Of a stretch of DNA of 64,000 nt, positions 1-13,800 are shown piece after piece. Source of the stretch: Chrysomallon squamiferum. Taxonomy: Eukaryota; Animalia; Mollusca. A program made the position numbers and the translations under genes. The notes beneath the pieces were generated by a model. The model saw only the letters and a list, made by a program, of their open reading frames with translations. It did not search any database and was not told where the DNA came from. Location: NCBI GenBank assembly GCA_012295275.1, contig CM022668.1, positions 992,001-1,056,000 on the forward strand. The letters run 5' to 3'. How positions within the stretch are numbered: position 1 is the stretch's first letter; the number at the start of each line of letters is the position of its first letter.

Positions 1-3000
1 TTCAACACAACCATCAGTACCTCAGTCTGTGTTAGATGTTTTATCTCCAATATCTGAGGCCTTGACTCCATCATCAAATGAAGTAAATGTAAGTATAATC
101 AGTTTATATATAAGTATATATGTATAAAATGTATGTGTGCAAAGTGATAAAGTGTTAATTTTCCATAATATAAGAGAACTTGTAGATATATACACATGGA
201 GTGTCAGCATCAAAACTAATTTTTTGATCCAAATTAGAGAAAAAATTAAAACTTCTGTTTCAAGAACCACCATTTGGACCTGCCAAAATACAACTAATAA
301 ACTGTATGCTATTGTTTCTGTGATTACAACATTTATGATTTTATAGTTTGTACTTCAGAGGATGTGATTTGTGCAAAGGCTGTTTGTGAGAAGATAGTTG
401 AGGCAGCAACCATTTCTCCATTACTGCCATAAAAATAATTAAAAGGAACATTTAATAATATTTATTACAGTTGGTCATATAGTTATTATCTAATGATAGA
501 GTGATAAATGAAAATTTTATTTAATTTATATCCTTTCTGCAGATGCAGTTGCCAGTTCCACAAGTCATAAGTATGAACACAACTCCAGAAAATCAGGAGA
601 CTCCTATGATAGAAAAGTGTCTAACCAGTGCTCCTAAAGTATGTCGTACAAAGCGTAATTTGTCCAAGCCATGTCATGCTCTGTTTCTTAGTCCAATGAC
701 TCCTAGGTATGTGTGTATAACAATCTGATAAACTTTGCTTTAGTTTTTTTTAAATTTATTTCCATTTTTTTTAGTACTTGTTTTACAAAAAAATAAGATA
801 TTTGTAAAGGTCAAACAGACACAGCTTTAAAAGTATATTAATTTTTATCTTTTAAACACAGTTTACTATTTATTTTATATTTTAAGTTTATATTTAGCCA
901 GATAAATGGTCTGGTACTGTATTGTGATTTTTTTTTAACAACCAACTTTAAACTTAAATATTGATATTAATTACAATAAAATTTGTTAGCTAGATAGCTA
1001 TTACAAAGTTTATTGTTTATTAGTTTTGGAATTCTGCCCTGGAAACTCCAAGTCCGACAATGGAACTCAATATAATGCCTTTCATAACTCCCAGTCCACT
1101 GATGCACAGTGATAACCAGCTGAATGATGCCAAGGCACCCAAAAAACGGGTAAGTAATAAAAAACAGACAAGTTATAACTAATATACAAAAGTTACATAT
1201 ATTCTTTGATAAATGCAACATGCCTTAAGCAGCAACTTGCTTAATTATCACTGTATTAGATACAATGCTTGAATTAATACTTATCATTAATACTATTTGT
1301 TTCTTTAGTAAACTCTTTATTTATAATGGAGCTTAGTATGTCAAACCTAGTTTGTTTAATTCTGCTGGGATTTTGTTAAGTAATAATCTTATAGCTTAAG
1401 ATGAATGCAAATTTTATGTTGACAGCCTTCTACACGAAAAGGTCCAAATATGAACCCAATGAGTAAACCTCCAGTTTTTGGTATCAATACAAACACAAGA
1501 GATGGTCCAAAACCCCTTGTAGGGTAAGTTCTTTTTTTTACTGTCATAAGTTAAATAGATTTATGCGGTAACAACTTGGCAAAAACAAAGCACTTAGTAG
1601 TTTATCATATTCTTTGAGCAAAGCAATTTGTATTAGTTTAGAAATATGGTAAATATTATTATTAAAATTTTCTTAACAGAGACAAAAATATTTTAACTTT
1701 TTATTAAAAAATCTTGAGTAATCGATAATAAAATAAAATTAATATTCAGTTATTATTTTTTCATATGCTAAACATTCTTATTGTTTTTATTTGTAGAAAT
1801 ATTCCTAATGTCAGAAGAAGTTCTCGGTTATTTGGAAATTCAAACTCTAGTTCAGTGAAGGTTTGTTTAGTTACTTACTCTAGTGCTGGTTTTAAAATGT
1901 TTTGTGTTACTTTACCTGAGACCAGTTATATTTCGATTGTGTTCATTTTTTTGTTTGTTAAAAATTGTTTTTTTTAAATTCCTAGTCAACAATGTTGATA
2001 TGTTTACATTGTCTCTTTATTTAAAAATAAAGGAAGCTATAGGTTGCCAGTGTAATTGAAAAACAGATTTATATTTTCACTGACTGTCATGTTTTAAAGT
2101 AATTTCATTTGTTATTTTAATACATTTTTTGTTATCAATTTTATATTTTTCTTTTGAATTAACTGAAGAATAATTTTTATCTTCAGAACAAATATTATAA
2201 TGATATTTATCAAAACAGGTGTTTCTGGTCAATTCAAAATGTTTCCTTTCATTTTGTTTTGATGTAGGAAAACAATAAAAGCCCTGAGAAATCAAGGTTT
2301 GCGAGTCCTAAAGCAGTTAATAGAAAATGTAAGCCTCGTATCAGTAAATCACAACAGGAGCTGAATGAGATAAATAAAAGTGATGTTCATGTTGACACCA
2401 AACCAGCGACTCAGCCAGAACTGCCAACAGTTTCACAGCTCTTACAGATGCAACACCAGTCTCTGTGTAAGTGTTTTATGCTCCTTTTAGCATCACACTG
2501 AATCTTCCATGAATTACGTTAAAATTGTTAAAAATGAAAAGACATATAAGATACGTGAATATGAAAATAGATCCTGGTTAATTATTGTTATTTTTTTCAA
2601 CTCATGTCCTAGAGTACCACAGTATTTTTAAGGCAGTGTGAGGCACTAAACTTTTAATTTTAGAACTGAAATAAAGTTTAATGGATAGTAGGTAATAATA
2701 CTATGAACCCTAAAGGCAAAGATGCTATCTGTTCAAGTTACAGCTGGAATATTAGCTCTTTAATAACAAGTTTTTCAGCTACAAAAATATGAAAACTTCA
2801 GACACTCAGCCAGTCACTCAGCAACATTATATTTCTCATTTAAACTATATTAGAGTTTTATTGTCCAAAGCAAAATGTTCTGATCTCAAAGATACCAAAG
2901 AAAAAATAGGAAGGACTTGTTGAAGGTGATTAACAAGAATTTGGATTCCGTGTCAATTTTTGCCACAATGTTGCTTTGCTTATCTGCTTTGCAGTGAATT

Positions 3001-6000
3001 GTATTATATTGCTTAAAAAGACATTTTTAATGAAAATGAGATATGGAATTTGGAAGTAGGTGTGAAGATGAAAAAATCTATAAAATGCCAAACTGTCCCA
3101 AATTTTTAGTAAATATTTTATATATAATAGATAGTTATTAACTGATTGGTACAAAAAGAGAATGCGTACATTATCACAGGAACATTTGAATTGTACTAAC
3201 AAACAACTCTAACTGTGAAAAGACTTTATCTTTTCATTAAATATTTTTATTTTTATTGGCTTAACATAATGATATTCAGTTCAACGTTATCTTTGATATA
3301 ATATTGAAAAAAGTTTTTATATTCAGTGGCTTACTTAGAATAAATAATATAATAAACTTTGTATTATATTATTAGCTGGCCTTCTGAATCTGTTACAACA
3401 GCTGGGGAAAGGGTATATGTACCTATCTCAGTATGAATGTCGCAAGGCAATAGAAGTTTTTTCTGACCTGCCAGAACATCAGTACTACACAGGCTGGGTA
3501 CTCACACATCTGGGGCGATCTCACTTTGAAGGAGCAGATTACAAGAAGGTATTTAATTTAAACACTAATTAATGAACTAATTAATATTTATTCATTTATT
3601 ATTTGTTAATCTTATTCAGATGATAAATGTTTAAAGTTTTTTACAGTGAGATAATTCATTAAAACTTTGAAAAGATTGTTTTTAGATAGTATAGCCAAAA
3701 CTAATTTACTCTTTTTATCTTAAAGGCAGAAAAAGTATTTGAAGAACTTCGCAGGATGGAGCCATACTACATTAAGGGTATGGAAACATACAGCACCACC
3801 TTGTGGCATCTACAGAGGGAAGTAGAATTATCTGTCCTTGCTCAGGAGCTAACAGATTTGGATAAACAGTCTCCAGAAGTAATATATTCATTATTTTTTA
3901 CATTTTAATTTAAATCCATGTTTAATTGTTTATAACTGTTTTTTGAAAATCTTGATATCTCCTAAAGAAGATTTCTTCTTTAGAATTGTAGTTACAAAAT
4001 ATTATTTAATTTTGTTTGATATATTAATGTATACACACACACATATAATGCTTCTGAGAGAAAAGATGGATGCTTATCTTTTTAATTATATTTTTCTAGG
4101 CTTGGTGTGCCACTGGAAATTGCTTTAGCTTACAGAAAGAACATGATGTTGCCATTAAATTCTTCCAAAGAGCAATTCAGGTTAGTGTTTATTTCTATAC
4201 ATTAGAAAGATTTGAAATAAACATGTGAGATTAACATCAAAAATAAAGATATAATCTGATTTTTAAAAATAATTTTTGTAGTTTTACACAATACTTTTTC
4301 ATTCTTCATGTATAGAAAATATATTTTAAAACATACTTATAAAGGTTTTACATTATTTCTCTATTTCGCTGTTGATGTTTTGTTGGTGTTGTTAGTGTTT
4401 ATTATTAGTTACATATTTGTTTTAATGGCTTTATTAACAGTTAATTCATTTTGTAAATTCAGGTAGATCCAAATTTTGCATATGCATATACTCTGCTGGG
4501 ACATGAGTATGTGTTCACTGAAGAACTGGACAAAGCTCTCGCATGTTTTAGAAATGCAATACGAGTTGACACCCGACATTACAATGCTTGGTAATTAACA
4601 GACAATACAATCTGTTGTTAAATTTACAGGAGAAATTATTTTCAAAATATAGCTGAGTTAGAAATAAAGATATTTAAATAATTGGTTCATTATATAATGC
4701 TGTGTGAATGAATCTTGAATTGACTTATACTGTTACATTTCATACACCACCAAAATACAAAGCCATTACTTAAAGTAAGAGTCATTATAAATTAACTGAT
4801 AATGTATAGTGTAAAAAGAAATTATAAATTAACTGATAATGTATAGTGTAAAAAAAAATTAAATGGAGGTGGAAAGAGAACTGAATGTTTAATGGCTGCT
4901 TTTACACAACTTTATTTATAATAATGTTATAGAATTTATTTAAAATATTTTTAAGGTATGGTGTAGGAATGATTTACTATAAACAAGAAAAATTTAGTTT
5001 TGCTGAAGTTCACTTTAGGAAAGCACTGAGCATCAATCCAAACAGTTCAGCTTTACTGTGTCACATTGGTGTGGTAAGTTTATTAAAATCTTGGTAAAAA
5101 TGTCACCATGCATTGTGCTGTAATAAGTATGTCAAACAAAAATATGTATGTTTATAAACATAGAGACTTACATAAACTAATTATTAAAAATTGTTTATTT
5201 GAACAGCAGTACTGTTATTTTCATTGTATTTACATGATTATATATATAACATTATAGATTACAAACAGTTGAATATTAAATGTTTTGTCAGTACGTGTGA
5301 CTGCTTCTAGCTTGTAAATGTCATATATTATATTACATAAACATCTTACACAAATTATTTAAAGTTTTTGTAATTAAGAGGACAGAATTGAAAAACACTG
5401 ATAAAGTAATAAAGATTTTTTTAACCAGGTTCAGCATGCACAACAGAAGTCTGACTCTGCTCTGACCACACTGGACCGAGCCATTGCTGCTGACCCTTGG
5501 AATCCACTGTGCAAGTTTCACAGAGCTTCAATTTTGTTTGCTAATGATAAACACAAGGTACATTTTTCCTTTGAATTATATATAGAAAAAACATATACTA
5601 GGTACTGGCACCTATAAAGTCTGAATCAGCTGAAATATCCTATCTTTCCTCAGCAATTTGCACATCTAAAAGAGCGTAAATTTCCCTTCAAAATTTTTTA
5701 ATCAAACAAATCTTTGTTTGGGGACACTAATATTTGAACTGAAAATTGTCTTTTCACAAAATAAACCTCAATCAAGTATACTTTTTGAAAATGGCAACTA
5801 CAGCTTTTTCTAATGGACATGAACATTATTCTGATGGCATCACAGGACACTTTACAAGACAGTCACTTGTTCATCAGAAATTAACTTCAGCAGTGATCTA
5901 TGCTGTTACCATGCAAATGGATGCAAGCAACAAATCTGTATCATGAGATTGAAATGGGGAAAAAAGAATAAAGCAATATACGAGGCAGGTTTTATTTTGG

Positions 6001-7538
6001 TGGAGAAAGTTGATATTAGTTTTTTCAAGGGAGGTAATTTGTGATTACTTTGGTGGACATTCTAACCAGTCTGAGTTTGCCTTTAACATTACCTTGTTTT
6101 TAGTCTGCATCTCTCCTGGTGAAAATTTCATAAGTTTCCATAAAAGATTTTCTTATGATTAAAAAAGTCAAGCTGAGGGAAATGAACAGAAACATTATTT
6201 AGGTGAGGACCTAATAAATTGATATGTTATGAAAATTGTCAGATGTCAACAGCAAATTCTTGCATGTGAAAACTGGATAATCCTCAAGAACTTGAGAAAT
6301 ACAAACTGAAATAGATTAAGCTTTATATGCATATTGCTCTTTTAGAATAGGATGATAAAGTGAACCATATTTTGTGGCTTTACTTTCATAAAAAATCAGT
6401 ATCAGGAAAATAAATGACAGTTGTTCCAGTATGAAATTTTTACTGCTAGATGTATTACTTAAATTCAGGAATTATTCTGTATCTGTTTTTATTTTTCTGT
6501 TGAAACCTTAATCAAACAAGATTGTTTTCTGTACAGTGAATAAAGAGTTGATGTTTGAAGATATGTTTATAATATTTACTTATAATTAACTTTTTAATAA
6601 TGTGTTTTAGTCTATAAATAAGACTTATGAAGTTGATAAATTTGTGTTATTTATAGGATGCACTTCAGGAGCTGGAGGAGCTGAAGACTATCATTCCTAA
6701 AGAATCTCTTGTCTATTTCTTAATAGGAAAGGTATAGTCATTAACATTTTTGATCCATTTCATTAGAATGTTATTCAGATTTTATTATTATTATTTTTTT
6801 TATGTACTTCACAGACAGTTGTTGGCAATTACTCAATCTCTGTATGTTATTAATATCCACTCTTTGGTTTTTCAGATATACAGTTAAGAAGTTTTTCTTA
6901 CATATATTTGTTTGTTTTAGGTCCATAAGAAATTGGGTAACACTCACTTGGCTTTAATGAATTTTTCCTGGGCCATGGATCTTGATCCCAAAGGTATCAA
7001 CAATCAGATCAAGGAGGCGATAGACAAGCGATATGTGACCGAGGATGATGACCCTTTAGTTCACCTGAACGAAACGGGTAATTATTTATTACATTTATTT
7101 CTAAATACATTTTATGATTACGTAATATTTCAGTTTGACAGAACTGATCTTTTGAAGTAAATGTGTAGATGTAGTGAAAATACACATTGCAGTAAATGGT
7201 CAAAATTTGTGTATAATTAAATTTACAGCCTTCATTTGGATCTCCCAGTGGTTAACGTTTTTTTTTGGGGGGGTTCAATTTTTGTTGTTTTTTTTTCTAT
7301 TTATTTAATTTTTGGATAAGGTGCCATTAATAGTTTTCTTATTTATTACAACACTAAGAAAATGTGAAACGGAATTTTATTTATCAAAATAATTTATTTC
7401 TTGCACAACTAATATGAATTTTTTATATTTGTTGTTTTATGTTTCAAAGCAATAGAAGAAGGGCCCAGTGGAGAAGCGTCACAGAGTAATTTATCTGATC
7501 CAGATCTGCAGGCGATTGAGAGTGATGAGAGTTTGTGA
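1..7538 (+). CDS. CDC27: Cell division cycle 27 / APC3, TPR subunit of the anaphase-promoting complex (5'-truncated by the window)
   Basis: Exons: <1-88, 543-706, 1024-1149, 1426-1523, 1797-1860, 2268-2466, 3376-3548, 3726-3878, 4100-4180, 4463-4590, 4956-5073, 5429-5557, 6657-6731, 6921-7077, 7450-7538 (TGA). All introns are GT..AG with consistent phases except one missing base in exon 1024-1149. Translation gives CDC27 hallmarks: RRSSRLF, YSTTLWHLQ, SPEAWCATGNCFSLQKEHDVAIKFFQRAIQVDPNFAYAYTLLGHE, HYNAWYGVGMIYYKQEKF, ALMNFSWAMDLDPKGINNQIKEAIDKRY. Confidence 0.97.
4784..4857. repeat. 37-bp direct tandem duplication (2 copies) in a CDC27 intron
   Basis: ATTATAAATTAACTGATAATGTATAGTGTAAAAA starts at 4784 and again at 4821. 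Confidence 0.9.
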
Positions 7539-7811
7539 CAAAACATTAACAGCAGCATGGTTCGGCATATGAATATCACGTAAAAGTAACTGATTTTGTG
7601 ATACAAAAATCCAGTTTTTAAAATTTCTCAATGCATAGCAAAATTAGCCCTTTATTTCTGTAATTAACATGAATTTGTCTCTGTCCTGATACTAAAGGAA
7701 GTTTTATATACTTTAAACATGTATGACATTATTATTTTGATGAACAATAAATATTTATGTAAGATAGAGTCATATATAAGGAAACTGTATAATACATGTA
7801 TGCATATACAA

Positions 7812-7821
7812 ACACACACAT

Positions 7822-7859
<38 letters not shown>
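7812..7859. repeat. (CA)n microsatellite downstream of the CDC27 stop codon
   Basis: Direct reading of the sequence. Confidence 0.95.
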
Positions 7860-7864
<5 letters not shown>

Positions 7865-10800
7865 TAAAATAGTTTCAGATATTAATACAATCACATTATG
7901 AAATGATTGGAGTAAATATAAAAATAAAATAGGTATTTGAATTTTGTAAAAATTATTAAAATGCAGAATGTAGATAATATGTATTACTCCAGTTACACAG
8001 ATATTTGAAATTTATAATAAATGCATACATATTTGTAAAAATATAATAATAAAAGCTTTTTAAGAAATGGTTTTGTAGAATTTTTCAAAATCTGAAATTT
8101 AGAAATAGCTCCAGGTGCATATTTGAGATTTTAATTAGATATTTAATTATAAATGGTAATTTTCTTACCAAAACTTAAAACCTAAATAATTTATGCTGCA
8201 TACTGTAAACTGGATTGTTCATTTTCCTCTAACTACCATAAACGGATATTTTAACAGTTTTTATGACATACTGGATTTTTATAATATATTTCATCCTACA
8301 AGGGAATTTTTTGGAGTGATGTTGAGTATGTTTGTAAGTTGGGGCACTCAGTAAAGACAGAATTTAGTAATTGTTGTTTTAGTCTGTGTATGTGTTAGTG
8401 TGCATGAATATTTTATTCACTATGTTCTCTTGAAAATTCGAAAACAAACAGAAATGAATGTTGAGAATCTGTGACTGTAAATATGTAGAGACTAAAGAAA
8501 ATGGTTTCTGAAATCATTAATATATTCCCAAACGTGCACTCAAGTGCTGCTGAAACCTGTTCTGCAGGTTCATGTACTTTTTGCTTTTATTAAAAACAGT
8601 TTCATTTTTAGCATATTTGTACTATGTATCAACATTGTGTTAGGTTTAGTTTACTTTGTTATATCTTTGGTTGCAATGTTCTGTGTTGTTTAAGTATATC
8701 AGTTAATTACCACCAACACTTCAATTATTTCAGTAACTGTAAGCAATTTTTTAAATATTATCTTTAGATAAATAATTAAAATTATTTAATTTTATTAAAA
8801 TTTTACTTTTTAAAGCACGTAATATAACAAGCATTTAATGCACTTCAGGCTTTAAATGACATTAACAACTAATCTATGATTATCCAAATATTTCCAGACT
8901 TTTCTAACTGCTATGACTGCACCAGACAGCAAAATTGTTTATTTTCAAGATGAGCTATAGACTTTATATATTGGCTTGTTTTAAATCTATGTCTGATAGT
9001 ATACAGTGATAAGTATTTGGATCATTTTTTGTAAGAATTTCTTCAATTAATAAATATTTTCAGAAAACTAAGTACATTTCTTATTTTTTAGTTAAATCTC
9101 AAAGGTAAGGTATAATGTTTAATACGGGCAAAATAATTTTTTTATCAAGTTTATTCAGTTAACATTTTTATTCTTCTTCTTTTTCTTTTTATATTTTTAT
9201 TTTTGTTAAAAACTCAAAACAAAAGTATTAAATTTTTCACAAAATCAAAGCAGCAGAAAAACTTGCTTTTTCATTGCATATTTTGATGTGAAAGCCTGTA
9301 GTTACTCTGATATTAATGTTGGCAACATTTTCTTAGCATAACTGGATTTAGTAGAAATATTATTCTAAAAGTTTACTTTTGACACAGGCAAATAATGATG
9401 AGGAAAGTTTTCTTATATGTGAAAAAAAAAAAATATATATATATATATATATTAGTTTGTACTTATGTAATTGGCAAATGAATTAAATATGATATTCAGG
9501 TAAACAAAGAATGACTGTGTCATCTCCAGTTAATAAAAATCTGTATTAAAAAGGTTGGTTATTGTCAGTTCTTTCTTTTAAATTGTCCATTTGCAGCAAG
9601 TGTTAATTCTCTAAAATAAAGACAGGATGTTTATCATTTGTGTTTACTGCAAGGCCCAAAATATTTTTACAAAGTATAATTCCAAAATCGTACACAATTT
9701 ACAAAATGCATGTATCAGCAACTGTAAATCAGATGAATGATGTCATAATAACTAGATAACAAATGTAATGAATAAATAAAACTTCTTTTTTCATATTTGT
9801 TAGTAACAGTGAAAGTAATTTCTAACAAAACATCTTAGGATACAGTTGAATCAAAATGAGATAAAACACACTGGAGACAGTTTTAGAAAATAATACAACT
9901 CTTTCTGTTCTTTAGTCTTAGCCAGATCCTTGTTGTGTTCACTCTAGTGTCATGATCAGTTTGTGTCATTAGTTTGTTAAATACAACATAGATGTATAAC
10001 TTTTCTTTCAGGTTTTTTTTTCTACAGTAAATTTAACAATATACATACATATATACATTATATATATATATACACAGATGATTCTAATATTATATTTTTG
10101 AATGATTAAAAATATCAAGTTGTTTCCCCAATAAATATGATAATTTAAAGCAACTTGCAGGAAAAGTAACATACACGTTTTATCATATTGTGTATTATTG
10201 TCTGTTAGGATTAGCTGATGTTAACTGATACTTCAAAAAGTTACATTTTAAAAGTTTAAGCTGATCAGACAAACTAACAGTTTTATGTCAATAAATGTTT
10301 ATATAATTAAATGTGTGAAATAAGTCATGTATTTGTCTATTTTATTATGATTTTAAAATGAAATAAAATTTTTGGCAAATGCAAGACAAATTGACTGATA
10401 GTAAACATTACAAACTTAGTCACAGATTTTTATAATACATATAAACAAAATGATGAACACACTGGCAATTCAATTAAAAGTTTATCTGAATTAAAAAAAT
10501 TAAAAAAACGCTATATTTAAAAAAAAGCAAGACAACATTTAATATACAAACATATTTACTTAATACATTCATTTGTACAAAAAAAAAAGTTTATTTCAGT
10601 TTATTCCTTACATCTCAGACCCAGTATTATTCAACAGTGTAGAGAAAAGTTACCAGTTATAAATGGTTGAGTGTCTCATGAAATAAATTCAGACAACCAA
10701 AAACATCAAGACTTACCAGTTGAGTGTTCAGATTTTCTTGTTTAATAGGCTGTGCTATTTTGTTTGTCTGCTGACTTTTGGAACTGTTAATATCCCAGTA

Positions 10801-13800
10801 TCTGCACAATGGTGAAAACCTTTATGGTGCTCCACAAATTCCTATATTATTGATGTTTAGTTAGTCTGTCATTTAAATTTTGTATTGACAGAGTAGAGGA
10901 ATAATAAAATTTGACTTGAACACAGCTGTATACAAATATTAACTACAAACCTATTTTAGAAATGTCAAACAGAAATACACAGAATAAAAAAAGTTAAGTA
11001 CTACTGAATAAACAATGACAAATCGCAACAACTTTTGAGAAAAACTGAAGTCATGTTACTGTTGAGTTTTTGCTTTTTTGGGCAGAAATAAATTTTAAAA
11101 AATTCATAAATTTTGTTGAGACGGTCTAACACACAATCTGCCAACAAGTTATGTTTCAAATAACTTTGATAATTTATTAACCAAGGTGATGCACAGATAG
11201 ACATTGTATATGTAGCTGGCTCCAATATTATTTCAACCCAGATTTAATCACTTAAATAGTAACTGTATGAGGTTAAATTTATATCTTATGAAAAGACTGA
11301 TCATTTTGCTCATTATACTGATGTATTTTTGAAATGGGTCTTTTGCTCAAAAATAGTCAAGAGCCTTTACATTTGGGTGCAAAATCTTTTAAATTGGACA
11401 AACAAATAATGCTAAAATATTATTTTGTTTGGTCAAGGCTAATCTTAGTATAATGTTATGAAGTAAGCTCGTAGAACTAATCCCATGAGACAAAGTAGTT
11501 TATGAATATTTGGAAAACATGTTCAGAGAAACATAACATGATGGCCAAGGTGTTTCCACACTTTTTCACACTAAACACAAAAGTAAGATTTTCTATTCAT
11601 TCAGTTTTTATTCAGATGGGACTTGAAATGGACATAAAAAGATACAAAACTCGGCCAGCAATAGAGGTGCTTTGGAATAAAAGTGTTATGTTAAACTATG
11701 ACTTTAACATAAGTTTACAAACAAAATCATTAATCCCAAAATCATTTGAAGACATTTCCTTTGCTGCCACAGTTCAAGGACAGAGTTTAGGTTTGGATAA
11801 CAGATTTTATTCCCAAAGATGTTCAAGAAACAAGGTATCATTATACTTATTCTAGACATATCAGACAATCATAGTAATGTTGTTTATTTGTTATGATTTT
11901 ATTAAGTTATTCTTTCATTGTTACATTTTTCTAAATTAGAAGTAATGAAAAGTTTTAAACATATTGGAAATTCAGCTCATTTTAAGGAGCTGTTTTCAAT
12001 GAATTTAAAATAAAAATACAACTGTAAGTGAATTGTATTTTTTGAAATCAATTTTAGCTATTGTTTACATCGGTTATCCTCTCCATTCTACATCATACTT
12101 GCCTTTATAGTTGTTCCTTTTTCACTAGCCTAAATAATAACCACCATCACTGAGAACAGCTGTTCTGTCTCCAAGATGGTTTTCCCAATTTTAACCAAGA
12201 CTGGTGTCAACATAACATTTTTGGTATCTACTTCAATGAGAGATTCTGTGATGCTTTATGACTATAAAACAGACAAGTGAAAATATACACATAATATTGT
12301 GAAATGTGATTATTGACTCTATTATGCTATTTTTTATTCTTTTTTAATTATTATTTTCCTTTACTAAGTATGAACTTAATTTTTTTATTTTATAAAAATT
12401 TGGTAAAAAAAATAAAGATTAAAATTAAAATTAAATCTCAAGATTTAAGGGTATTTAAAATTATTATTTTTCATCTCAAAATGACAATCTGTGTCAAATA
12501 ATACAATAACCAATGTTTTGTTTACCACTAAATTTCGAACAACTTAGTTTCACTGAATATAGAACAAATTCACTAGTGTCACGAGATATCAGAACTCTGT
12601 TTTAATGTTTTAAATTGATTTATGTATAATACTATAATACAATAGTCACGGTCAAGGTTATTTTTATAGTTAGGTCAGTTTGGTTTTTATTATTTTAAAA
12701 ATGAACATTCTCATTACTATTGCATGACCTAGGATGTTTGACTACTAAACCTTTCTGGCACCAGAATACTAAAAGTTGATAGTCTGTAGGGCTACCATTT
12801 CTTTTTTTTAAAAGAAAGTTTTCATCTGTGTGGTCTCCTGGCACTCATCATAACAATATTAGCTATGGTCTGAACAGTAGGTGGCAGTTGCACAATACAG
12901 TTGTAGAAATAAGAGTATATCTATTGTTTCTTTTCAGATTTCTAAATGACTGATACAAATGAACATTTTTTTCATGTGAGCTAAAAGAACAGTTTATATG
13001 AGGTCATTTGCAAAGCTTGCATTTTAGCATTGAACATCATTTGGATGATGTAGCACCGTGGCAAGTGTTTTTCCCAGTAGTGCTCATGAAAAAGTGTATT
13101 TAAATATAAATGAATGATTTTAATTTTTAAATTGTTTTAGTCTTATTTTTCAAATTTATTATAAGGCTACCAGTGAAAGAAGTTAAGATTGAGGGTTTAT
13201 GTATCAGCCTCTTTCATATCCAGATTCACCATCACTAATCCAACATCACTGGGATAACAGAGTGGTTAGATTCAGTATACACATAATTCAACCTCACCCT
13301 ACCTTTGAAATACCACTAAATTTAGAAAATACAATCACATTTTAGAACAAGTGCAACCTTACATGCATGGTGTTTGTGCTTTACAAAACAAAAAGCATTT
13401 CTTTTATTCATTGAAATTGTGGTTAGATTGAAGTTAATAAATGGAGAAAACAAACTGGTGTGGATTGCGTAAGTATTTAATCAGCAAGAAATGCTGTTAA
13501 AGATTAAGGAAAATGTGTGCCAAATTACTAATAGAACTAGATTTATGACTGCTAGATCAGTGATAGATGACATTTACTGATAGGTGTTCATACTATAATT
13601 TTAAATTTTATTTCTTATTATGCATAAAAGATCACCAATTGTTTGTTAGGTATTTTAATATGACATGCAAATTTTAATAAATCAAACAGCACAATAAAGT
13701 GATAATTAAAAATCTAAATAAATTAAAAATATATCAAATATAAAATGTCTTGGTTAATATAAATTATAATAACTGTTGTTCATTTGTTGTCAATTATGTA

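Noticed and set aside
1030-1045. Programmed ribosomal frameshift as the explanation of the CDC27 frame break
   Set aside because: No canonical X XXY YYZ slippery heptamer at the break and no evident downstream structure; a homopolymer error is simpler.
7664-7901. ORFs with CVCVCV and HTHTHT repeats
   Set aside because: Translation of the (CA)n microsatellite.
11502-11855. 117-aa standalone ORF between CDC27 and CSRNP
   Set aside because: No recognisable motif, no consistent flanking exons and intron-like composition; probably chance or a repeat relic.
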